NCBI GenBank assembly: GCA_965250155.1
Contig: OZ252291.1
Coordinates: forward strand, 2,738,593-2,802,592
Reading direction: 5' to 3'
From: Gemmatimonadales bacterium
GTDB taxonomy: Bacteria > Gemmatimonadota > Gemmatimonadetes > Gemmatimonadales > GWC2-71-9
DNA length: 64,000 bases
Every line of letters starts with the position of its first letter. Positions within the stretch are counted from its first letter, which is position 1. Under the pieces are notes generated by a model. It was given only the letters and a program-made list of their open reading frames with translations. It made no database searches and was not told the origin of the DNA. Positions 55,994 through 63,911 of the stretch are shown here, in pieces. The translations under genes were made by a program, and so were the position numbers.

Positions 55994-57091
55994 TCAATCT
56001 ACAATCGTCTTTCCCCCCTTCCTCCTCCCTGGGGAGGAGTGGGGTGGAGTAGCGATGCTCCCTAGAATCACCTCCAACAACTGAGCATCCAACCGAACGG
56101 GATCGAGCACCTCTTTATACCATGCGAGGCGCTCAGATCGCTCACCGGCCTCGGCGGCGGCGCTCCACAAACGAACGGCCTCGTCTATGAAGTCTTCCCG
56201 TGACGTGGCAATGTGCAGCGCACTGGAAGCAAAGGACCTGTCATGAAGGTGTCCTGTGGAACAAAGGATTCTGGCGCCCACACTCGCCGCCGCAAACAAG
56301 GACGTGCGTCTTCCGGTTACGCCGTCGACGAACGGCGCAAGAACGAGACGTGCGCGAGCCAAGCGGGCCAGAACCTCGGCGGCGGGCAGGCGACCCGTAC
56401 ATTCCCAATCAACGCGAGACCATTTGCCGACGGAGTGATGCAGCCGAATCTGACTCGCGTCGGCGCCTATGACGGTCAGAGACGGTTGCGCGCCGATTGC
56501 TTTCGAGGCCTCGACGATCCACTCCCACCGGAGCCCCGCCGCAAACGGCGAGAACACAACGGGAGCGGGAAGCGGAGGTTCTACGGCAGTCGCCGTGTCC
56601 GGGTCACCCATCGTATTCCCCACGTACACGATCTCCGTATCCTCACCCAGTTGTACCTTCAAGAGAGGTACCGGTGTCACGACGGCGTGGGCGATGGCGA
56701 GTATGCCTTTCAACTGGCGCCGCTGCAACGGCGACAGCACGACCCACGGCAGCCTAGTGGGAGGCACCCATGGCTCGTGCACGAAAGTCGTGACGCGGAT
56801 TCCCGCTCCCGACGCCCCGCGAACCAAACGCTCTGGAAAACGAGAGAGGCCTCGCCGGCCGTACAGAAACGGCACATATTGCACCAGCAAGAACTTCGCA
56901 CCCGCTTCCCGCAATCGCTCCATCGCGGATTTCGGACCCTCACTGAGATTGCCGATCACGGTTACGTCGTGCCCGCTGTCAGACCAGTTGCGAACCAAGC
57001 GGTGCGTATGGGCGGTGACGCCACCTGCCGAGTCGGGGAATCCAGGTGACAGGATTGCGATGGAGGTCGCGGAATGTGTCATGAATTCCAA
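55994..57091 (-). CDS. Divergent GT-B fold glycosyltransferase
   Basis: IAILSPGFPDSAGGVTAHTHRLV N-terminus typical of GT4. The C-terminal half lacks a clean EX7E (LAPFVDGVTGRRTSLFAAASVGARILCS). It is the only minus-strand gene in the 47.8-64 kb block. Confidence 0.65.
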   Translation of the reverse strand: MEFMTHSATSIAILSPGFPDSAGGVTAHTHRLVRNWSDSGHDVTVIGNLSEGPKSAMERLREAGAKFLLVQYVPFLYGRRGLSRFPERLVRGASGAGIRVTTFVHEPWVPPTRLPWVVLSPLQRRQLKGILAIAHAVVTPVPLLKVQLGEDTEIVYVGNTMGDPDTATAVEPPLPAPVVFSPFAAGLRWEWIVEASKAIGAQPSLTVIGADASQIRLHHSVGKWSRVDWECTGRLPAAEVLARLARARLVLAPFVDGVTGRRTSLFAAASVGARILCSTGHLHDRSFASSALHIATSREDFIDEAVRLWSAAAEAGERSERLAWYKEVLDPVRLDAQLLEVILGSIATPPHSSPGRRKGGKTIVD

Positions 57092-57125
57092 TGATAATCA
57101 GTGGAGGGAGGAGGAGGGATACCGA

Positions 57126-58244
57126 ATGATGCGCGTCGCTTACCTCTTTCCCCGTGGAGACGTGGGCGGGGCCGAAATAGCAACGATCCGTTTCATCGAA
57201 GGACACGACCGCTCGAAGGTCACACCTTTTGCGTTCTTCATGGAGAACGGGCCCGCCGTGGATCGCGTTCGCGCTCTGGACGTCGTTGTCGACGTGGCGC
57301 CGTTCCTGCCGCGGCTCAGCCGTCCCGGTAAGGTCCGTCGCGGTCGCAGCTGGATCGCCAGTCGTCTCCAGCTCCACCGAATCGATTTGCAGCACAGCGT
57401 CATGGCGTGGACCCACGCCCTCGGTGGCGCGGCGGCCCGACGGGCCGGCGCCAAAGTGATCTGGTTTCAGCATAATCGCCCGAACAAAGCCGATCCCGTG
57501 GACTGGTACGCCTCGCTGAGCCACGCCGATCTGATCCTGACGAACTCCCGCTTCGTGGCGAAGCTTCAGGAAAGCGTGAACCTCCGCCGGTTCCCCATCG
57601 AACTAGTTCACCTTCCCGTTCCCCGGGTCGGGGACGTTCAACGATCTACAGCAATCCGCGCCGAACTCGGCGCCGACGATTCTCATGTGCTCGCCGTTCT
57701 CGCAGGCCGGCTGCAGCGCTGGAAAGGACAGGACATAGCGGTTCGCGCCCTGGCCCTTGCCGCGGACCGGGCGCCCAACCTGCGCTTGGCAATGGTCGGC
57801 GGAGCCCTGTTCGGATTGGAAACCGATTACCTCAAAGAGCTGGAACAACTTGCGCGTCGTGCAGGCGTGGCGGATCGCATCCGGTTTGTCGGATTTCAAG
57901 AGGACATGAATGGGATATATGCCAGCGCAGACATCGTGCTTCACACGAGCAGGAGACCTGAGCCTTTCGGGCTCGTCGTAGCAGAGGGACTGGTCCACGG
58001 CCGGGCAGTGATTGCGTGCAACGCGGGGGGCGTACCGGAACAGATAGAACACGAGCGCACCGGCGTTCTGGTAGAGCCCGAAGACCCCACGGCCCTCGCC
58101 AGCGCACTCGTACGGGTGGCAACCGATCCCGAGTTCAGGCGGCGACTCGGGACGGCGGCGCTGGGTGCTCCCATTCCCACCCCGCGCTCCGCCGCGGCAC
58201 GACTCGAGTCGCTGTACGAGCGCACGCTCGCGGGCAAGACGTGA
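57126..58244 (+). CDS. Glycosyltransferase family 4 (GT-B)
   Basis: MMRVAYLFPRGDVGGAEIATIRF... and PEPFGLVVAEGLVHGRAVIACNAGGVPEQIEH. The strong purine SD GGAGGGAGGAGGAGGG ends 6 nt upstream of the ATG. The ORF-track N-terminal 219 codons are antisense to the previous gene. Confidence 0.87.
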   Translation: MMRVAYLFPRGDVGGAEIATIRFIEGHDRSKVTPFAFFMENGPAVDRVRALDVVVDVAPFLPRLSRPGKVRRGRSWIASRLQLHRIDLQHSVMAWTHALGGAAARRAGAKVIWFQHNRPNKADPVDWYASLSHADLILTNSRFVAKLQESVNLRRFPIELVHLPVPRVGDVQRSTAIRAELGADDSHVLAVLAGRLQRWKGQDIAVRALALAADRAPNLRLAMVGGALFGLETDYLKELEQLARRAGVADRIRFVGFQEDMNGIYASADIVLHTSRRPEPFGLVVAEGLVHGRAVIACNAGGVPEQIEHERTGVLVEPEDPTALASALVRVATDPEFRRRLGTAALGAPIPTPRSAAARLESLYERTLAGKT

Positions 58245-59368
58245 AGATCGCACTGGTAGTGCACGACGCGAGGCCCGGTGGTGGGCAGGACCGGTACGTT
58301 CTGGAGCTGGCCAACAGGTTGAGCGAGACACACGACGTCACACTGTTCGCGCGCACCACGGAGAGCCTCGCCTCGACGGTCACCTTTCATCCGGTCCGTG
58401 CCCCAGCACGACCGCTGGCATTGCTGGCGCGGACGTTCGCTCACCGCGCGCGAAGGGCCTTGTCGCAGCAGCAATGGGATATCGTTCACTGCGTGGGTGG
58501 CGCCCTGCCCGGAGCAAGCGTGGTCACGGCGCAATATTGTCACCACGCATGGCGCCAGGCCGCGCGCAAGTGGAGATCGGACTTGATCGGTACGGGCGAG
58601 CGGATCTACCGCGCCGCCGACATTCGCCTCGCCATGCACGACGAGAGAAAAACTGCCCGGCATCCCGCGTTGCGGGGATTGATCGGCGTCTCTCGCCGGA
58701 CGCTCGACGAATGGCGCAGTGCCTACGGCGCCGCACCACCGGTTCAAGCCGTCGTGCACAACGGAGTCGATCTCAGTCAATTCAATCCCGGAACGTCAGA
58801 GGCTCGACGATGGCTTCGCTCGTCGCTCAAGCTGCCGGATTCGAGCAAGGTTGCTCTGCTCGTGGGCGCCCTGGTTCGCAAGGGGATCGAGACCGCCGTC
58901 TGGGCGCTAGGTCCCCTTCCCGACCACGTCCACCTGGTGGCGGTTGGTGCGGGTCCCAGGGAACGGGTCCGGTCGCTCGCCGTACGAGCCGGCGTGTCGC
59001 ACCGGGTTCACATCGTCGATCCGGTGGGGGACATCGAGCGCTACTACGCCGGCGCTGACGTGTTCGTGTTGCCGACACGGTACGAGCCGTTCGGCATGGT
59101 GGTGGCGGAAGCGTGGGCCTGTGGTCTGCCGGTTGTTGCCAGCGGGGTTACCGGGGCAACCGAATGGGCGACTAAGGGGGAAAGCGTCCTGCTGGTGTCC
59201 GATCCCACCGACGTTCAGGGCTTCGCCAAGTGCCTGATTCGCGTTTTGGAGGACGCACCCCTTGCAGAGCGTCTCTCCCGAGGCGGTCGGGACCTCGCGC
59301 GGCGGCTTTCCTGGGAACGGGTGGTGGCAGATACAGAATCGGTGTACGAGAAGGTGTTAGCGATGTGA
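58241..59368 (+). CDS. Glycosyltransferase family 4 (GT-B)
   Basis: VKIALVVHDARPGGGQDRYVLELANRL... and YEPFGMVVAEAWACGLPVVASGVTGATE. GTGA overlap with the previous stop. Confidence 0.87.
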   Translation: MKIALVVHDARPGGGQDRYVLELANRLSETHDVTLFARTTESLASTVTFHPVRAPARPLALLARTFAHRARRALSQQQWDIVHCVGGALPGASVVTAQYCHHAWRQAARKWRSDLIGTGERIYRAADIRLAMHDERKTARHPALRGLIGVSRRTLDEWRSAYGAAPPVQAVVHNGVDLSQFNPGTSEARRWLRSSLKLPDSSKVALLVGALVRKGIETAVWALGPLPDHVHLVAVGAGPRERVRSLAVRAGVSHRVHIVDPVGDIERYYAGADVFVLPTRYEPFGMVVAEAWACGLPVVASGVTGATEWATKGESVLLVSDPTDVQGFAKCLIRVLEDAPLAERLSRGGRDLARRLSWERVVADTESVYEKVLAM

Positions 59369-60489
59369 TGCGGGCGGCCATCATCTCTCACACGTACGTG
59401 GAGGCTCAAAACCGGGGCAAGCTGGAGGCGCTGGCACGAAAGGGAGTGCACGTGGCGGCGTTCGTTCCTTCGGTCTGGCAGGAAGGTGCCCTCGGCAAAC
59501 GATGGACCGTGACACACGAAAGCATCGGGAACCTCGAGATCGTCCCGGTACCAGTGCGCCGCACACTCGAGACGCCGGCGGCCGCACTCTGGGACCTCGG
59601 CGAGTTGAAGGACCGGCTGGCTCGACGGGAGATCGACGTGGTTCAGGTGGAAGAGGAACCATGGAGCTTGGCGGCGCGGTCGGCGCTCCGAGCCGCCCGC
59701 CGCCACGGCGTCACGTCGGCGATCTTCACGTGGCAAAACCTTGCCGGACGTCCCCGGTGGCCTTTTTCCATCCTTGCACGCAAGACGCTGCAACTCGCCG
59801 ACGGCTGGATCGCCGGGAACGAAGCCGGCAAGAGACTGCTGGCTCGGGTCTCCCAATCCCGCCCCCTAATGGTCCTGCCGCAACTCGGCGTCGGCCTGCC
59901 GGATGCCTTCAGCCGCCCGGCGGACGAGGCGGGAAGGCTCAGAATCGCGTTCGTCGGCAGGCTCGTCGAGGAAAAGGGAGTTGCGGATCTCATCGAAGCC
60001 GTGGCGGGTCTACGTAGCGGTTGGTCGCTGGCCCTAGTTGGCGACGGCCCGGCCCGGCGAAAGCTCGAAGATCAAACGCGGCACCTCGGTGTAGAGGATC
60101 GGGTGTCGTTCCACGGTTCAGTGCCGCACGCAGAAGTGGCGTCGTTGTGGCCGTCAGTCGACGTGCTGGTACTGCCCTCCCGGACGACTCCCCATTGGGC
60201 GGAACAGTTCGGGCACGTGCTCGTGGAGGCGATGGCGCACGGTGTGACGGTGATAGGGTCGGCGAGCGGGGCGATTCCGGAGGTGATCGGTGACGCCGGC
60301 GTGGTCGTGCCGGAGGGCGATCAGGTGGCCCTTCGCAAAGCGCTGGAGCAGCTTGCCACTGACCGCAAGAACCTGCGCGAGCTAGCCGAGCGTGGCAACA
60401 AGCGTGTTAGGCAGCTTTATACCGACGACGCAATCGCCGAGCGGACTATCGCCTTTTGGAATAGTTTGAGCGGAAGGGCTATTCTCTAG
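59368..60489 (+). CDS. Glycosyltransferase family 4 (GT-B)
   Basis: MRAAIISHTYVEAQNRGKLEALA... and EQFGHVLVEAMAHGVTVIGSASGAIPEVIG. TGATG overlap with the previous stop. Confidence 0.85.
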   Translation: MRAAIISHTYVEAQNRGKLEALARKGVHVAAFVPSVWQEGALGKRWTVTHESIGNLEIVPVPVRRTLETPAAALWDLGELKDRLARREIDVVQVEEEPWSLAARSALRAARRHGVTSAIFTWQNLAGRPRWPFSILARKTLQLADGWIAGNEAGKRLLARVSQSRPLMVLPQLGVGLPDAFSRPADEAGRLRIAFVGRLVEEKGVADLIEAVAGLRSGWSLALVGDGPARRKLEDQTRHLGVEDRVSFHGSVPHAEVASLWPSVDVLVLPSRTTPHWAEQFGHVLVEAMAHGVTVIGSASGAIPEVIGDAGVVVPEGDQVALRKALEQLATDRKNLRELAERGNKRVRQLYTDDAIAERTIAFWNSLSGRAIL

Positions 60490-60496
60490 CAACACG

Positions 60497-61675
60497 ATGC
60501 CACGAGTCCTGATCGTTCCCGATCTTCCCCTCGAGCGCTGGCCGTCGATGGATCGATACGCCCTCCGTTTGGTAGGCGGGCTGGCCGGCGAGGCTCCGGA
60601 CGTGGACGTCACGCTGGCCAGCGACATCAATCTGCTGACTGCTGGCACCGGTGAAGAAGCCGGAGGCGATCGGTCGCCCGAGAGCGTCGGCTTGGGATCG
60701 AAAGCCGGTAAGAGCGAAATCCGCCGCTATGTGTCGCGCTATTGGTCTTACCCGCGGCGCCTCAAGCGACATCGTGCGGATCTCGTGCACGTGCTCGATC
60801 ATTCCTACGCACACACCGTCTGCGTCCACAAAACCACTCCTTCCCTCGTTACGGTCCACGATCTCCTTCCCGTTCTCACCGTGCAGCGCAAATCAACCGG
60901 ATTCCGCAATGGCATTCGCAGTCGCCTGCTCGAGTGGGTGTTGGAAGAGTTGCGCCGGGCCGCCGGTTGGATAGTCGCCACCGAATGGCTCCGCACCGAG
61001 CTTGCCGAGTGGCTCGGCCACTCCAACCGCATTCACGTCATACCCTACGGGGTGGACGAGGCCTTTCTCGAGCCTCCCACTCAGGACCGTGGAGAAATCC
61101 GACGGCGGTTCAACATTCCCGAGTCTGCGTTCGTGGTGTTGCACGTTGGAAGCGTCGGAACGCGCAAGAACATCGGCGCGGTGATCGCAACCGTGGACGG
61201 GCTGCGAAGGTCGGGTATCGACGCATGGCTCCTTCAGGTGGGTGGAACGTTCACCGCCCAGCAGATGGCGGACATCGAATCGCGCGATCTCCGATCGTCG
61301 CTGACGGCCATTGGCGCTGCGGAGGAGTCCGACCTCAGGCTCGCGTACCGGGCGGCCGACGTGTTGCTGTTCCCATCGCATTACGAAGGGTTTGGGTTCC
61401 CGGTTTTGGAGGCGATGGCTTCGGAGTTGCCCGCCGTCAACTCGGGCGCCGGCGGGCTCGCCGAAGTTTCGGGACATGCCGCGGTGATCGTTGGTGGGAG
61501 AGAGGTGGCACCGTACGTAGAAGCCGTGAGCGAGATCGCGTCGAACGAAAGCCGGCGCGAGGAACTCGTCCGGCGGGGCGTCGAGCAAGCGCGGAAGTTT
61601 CGCTGGGCGGAGACGGCACGGAGAACGGCGGATGTGTACCGTGAGCTGGCGGCACAAGCACCGAGTCGAGTTTGA
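60497..61675 (+). CDS. Glycosyltransferase family 4 (GT-B)
   Basis: MPRVLIVPDLPLERWPSMDRYA... and YEGFGFPVLEAMASELPAVNSGAGGLAEV. Confidence 0.87.
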   Translation: MPRVLIVPDLPLERWPSMDRYALRLVGGLAGEAPDVDVTLASDINLLTAGTGEEAGGDRSPESVGLGSKAGKSEIRRYVSRYWSYPRRLKRHRADLVHVLDHSYAHTVCVHKTTPSLVTVHDLLPVLTVQRKSTGFRNGIRSRLLEWVLEELRRAAGWIVATEWLRTELAEWLGHSNRIHVIPYGVDEAFLEPPTQDRGEIRRRFNIPESAFVVLHVGSVGTRKNIGAVIATVDGLRRSGIDAWLLQVGGTFTAQQMADIESRDLRSSLTAIGAAEESDLRLAYRAADVLLFPSHYEGFGFPVLEAMASELPAVNSGAGGLAEVSGHAAVIVGGREVAPYVEAVSEIASNESRREELVRRGVEQARKFRWAETARRTADVYRELAAQAPSRV

Positions 61676-62925
61676 GGGGACTACTGCGGGTCGCCGCCAT
61701 AGGCGCATCGGGTCAGTTGGGTGGCACCGAACGGGTGCTCCTCGACCTGGCGGCAAACGCAAGCGATTTGGGTGTAGACTTGCGCGTGGTAGTTCCGAAG
61801 GACGGCCCTCTGATCGCGGCCCTCGCCGAACGTGGCGTTCCCGCCGCCGTGGTTGAGGCACCGCAGAGGTTGCTGAGGGGTTCGCAACAGCCGGGACACC
61901 TGTGGACCGCTGCTCCCGCCCTATTTGGTTTGCTGCAGTGGTCGAAGCGGCTCAAGGGTCACGAGTTCATCTCCAACGCGGACTTGATCTACACGATCAG
62001 CTTCAAGCCGCACCTCGCCGCGGTGTTGGGGCGGTTACGGCCGGCGGTGTGGCACCTCCACGAATTCCCGCCAGAATCGACTGGAGGCTTCTGGCGATTC
62101 TTGGCGCGCCGTATTCCCTACGCGCTGATAGCGAACAGCACAGCCGTCGCCGAGTCCTGGGGACCACCTACCGCCCTACCGCCCTACCGCCTTACCGCCA
62201 TTCACAATGGTGCTGACCTGGACCGGTTTACTCCACGGCGTCCCACCAAGTGGATTCACGAGCGCCTCGGAATCCCACACGACAGGCGTCTCATCGGGAT
62301 GCCTGCCGTTCTCGCCGGGTGGAAGGGGCAGCGCGAGGTGGTGGAGGCCTTTCGGCTGATCCAGGATGAGTTCGCCGATGTGCATCTCGTGTTTGTAGGT
62401 GGGGCCATCTACGACTCCGTGGCCGAGCGGGAATACGGCGCGGAGATCGAACAGCTGGTGAAAAGGGAGGAGGGAGGAGGGAGGAGGGAGGAGGGCCGCC
62501 CCCGCCCCACCCCGCCCAGGGTGCACATCGTTCCCTTCCAGGAAGATGTCGAGCGGGTGTATCCGGAGTTCGACGTGACGGTGCATTACTCCATCCGGCC
62601 GGAGCCGTTCGGGAGGGTGGTTCTGGAGTCGATGGCGTGTGGCGTGCCGGTGATCGCCGCCGATGAGGGCGGACCTCGGGAGATCTTGGGTGGGGAGGGT
62701 GAAGGGGGTTGGCTGGTGGAACCTCGGAATCCCAAGGCGTTGGCGCGAGGGTTGCGGGACGTGCTGGGGCGGGGGCGGGGGCGGGGGCGTTCGAGGGAAG
62801 AACTTAGAGTCACTGGAGAAAGAGGACGGCGGCGGGCGAAGGAGCTATTTTCTTCGCGGCGCTTTGCGGAGGAGGTTGTGGCAGTCTTTCGACACGCGGC
62901 GGTAGGATGCAGCCCGTCACGCTAG
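61672..62925 (+). CDS. Glycosyltransferase family 4 (GT-B) carrying three internal simple-sequence repeats
   Basis: TTG start in a TTGA overlap. AIHNGADLDRF and PEPFGRVVLESMACGVPVIAADEGGPREIL motifs, with low-complexity inserts KREEGGGRREEGRPRPTPP and GRGRGRGRS. Confidence 0.85.
   Translation: MRGLLRVAAIGASGQLGGTERVLLDLAANASDLGVDLRVVVPKDGPLIAALAERGVPAAVVEAPQRLLRGSQQPGHLWTAAPALFGLLQWSKRLKGHEFISNADLIYTISFKPHLAAVLGRLRPAVWHLHEFPPESTGGFWRFLARRIPYALIANSTAVAESWGPPTALPPYRLTAIHNGADLDRFTPRRPTKWIHERLGIPHDRRLIGMPAVLAGWKGQREVVEAFRLIQDEFADVHLVFVGGAIYDSVAEREYGAEIEQLVKREEGGGRREEGRPRPTPPRVHIVPFQEDVERVYPEFDVTVHYSIRPEPFGRVVLESMACGVPVIAADEGGPREILGGEGEGGWLVEPRNPKALARGLRDVLGRGRGRGRSREELRVTGERGRRRAKELFSSRRFAEEVVAVFRHAAVGCSPSR
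62167..62198 (+). repeat. Octanucleotide tandem repeat (CCTACCGC)x3 plus CTTACCGC inside the GT gene
   Basis: Read directly: cctaccgc cctaccgc cctaccgc cttaccgc. The unit length is not a multiple of 3. Confidence 0.95.
62465..62495 (+). repeat. Heptanucleotide tandem repeat (GGGAGGA)x4 plus GGG inside the GT gene; canonical G-quadruplex motif
   Basis: Read directly: gggagga gggagga gggagga gggagga ggg, followed by a C-rich tract ccgcccccgccccaccccgccc. Confidence 0.95.
62766..62789 (+). repeat. GGGGC-(GGGGGC)x3 hexanucleotide repeat (encodes GRGRGRG)
   Basis: Read directly: ggggc gggggc gggggc gggggc g. In-frame unit and G4-capable. Confidence 0.9.
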
Positions 62926-63911
62926 TTACGGGAGGGACGGGGTTCATCGGCTCTCACTTGATCGACGAGTTGACCCAGCGGGGCGCACGGGTCCGTGTTT
63001 TGGCGAGAGGCCGGGCACCCATTCTCGAGATGCATAAGGACCGGTTGGAGGTCGCGTGGGGCGACATCAGAGATCGCAACGCCGTACTCAGGGCGCTGCG
63101 GGACGCTGAGGTGGTGTACCATCTGGCCGGGTATGCCAAGGCGTGGGCGCGGCGGGCATCGAAGTTCCACGCAATCAACGCCGAAGGAACCGCAAACGTC
63201 TGCGACGCGGCTAAGCGAAACGGAGTGCGGCGTATCGTGCACATGTCGACGGCGCTCCTGGCTCCGCCTGAAGAGCCGGATCTCACCGTCGATTACGAGC
63301 GCACCACCTATCAGCGATCGAAGGCACAGGCCGAAAGGATAGTCTCCGACTATGTTGACGGCGGCGGAAGCGCGGTCATCGTGCGCGCCAGCCGGACCTA
63401 CGGCCCGGGGCCGCTCAACCAATCGAACAGCGTCACCAGGCTGATCGACCTATACAGCCGGGGATTGTTCCGCTTTCGCATTCACGACAGAAACGCACGG
63501 GCCAATTACGTGCATGTGCGGGATGTCGTGGCGGGATTGATCGCCGCCGCGGAGAGGGGAGCCGACGGCGCGGCGTACGTGCTCGGCGGAGAAAACCGAA
63601 CCATGCCTCAGGTGCTGGACGACATCACATCGGTCACCGGTAGGCGATCCAGAGTATTCGCCCTTTCCCGGGGAGCCAGCAAGACTGTAGCGCTGGGCTG
63701 CGAACTCGCCGCACTCCTGGGCTTCGAGCCGCTCATCACGCCGGAGTGGGTCGATCTATTGTGCGTGGATTGGCCTGTGTCGTCTAACGGAGCCAGGAGC
63801 GAACTCGGCTACCAGCCCCGCCCTTGGGTCCAAGGAGTGAAGGACACGCTGGCATGGCTGGAGGCAGGGCGTCCCTCACTCGTCGGGATGGGGGCGGGGG
63901 CCCGCCCGTGA
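62907..63911 (+). CDS. NAD-dependent epimerase/dehydratase (extended SDR)
   Basis: VTGGTGFIGSHLIDEL Rossmann motif and YxxxK (YQRSKAQAE). Confidence 0.88.
   Translation: MQPVTLVTGGTGFIGSHLIDELTQRGARVRVLARGRAPILEMHKDRLEVAWGDIRDRNAVLRALRDAEVVYHLAGYAKAWARRASKFHAINAEGTANVCDAAKRNGVRRIVHMSTALLAPPEEPDLTVDYERTTYQRSKAQAERIVSDYVDGGGSAVIVRASRTYGPGPLNQSNSVTRLIDLYSRGLFRFRIHDRNARANYVHVRDVVAGLIAAAERGADGAAYVLGGENRTMPQVLDDITSVTGRRSRVFALSRGASKTVALGCELAALLGFEPLITPEWVDLLCVDWPVSSNGARSELGYQPRPWVQGVKDTLAWLEAGRPSLVGMGAGARP

Noticed and set aside
54520-56052. 510-aa Arg/Gly/Pro-rich ORF overlapping wzx in another frame
   Set aside because: The composition is typical of an off-frame reading of a GC-rich membrane-protein gene. 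The wzx frame gives coherent TM helices, and this frame has no motifs.
62167-62789. Tandem repeats considered as a CRISPR array
   Set aside because: The units are 6-8 nt with no spacers, they lie inside an ORF, and no cas genes are present.
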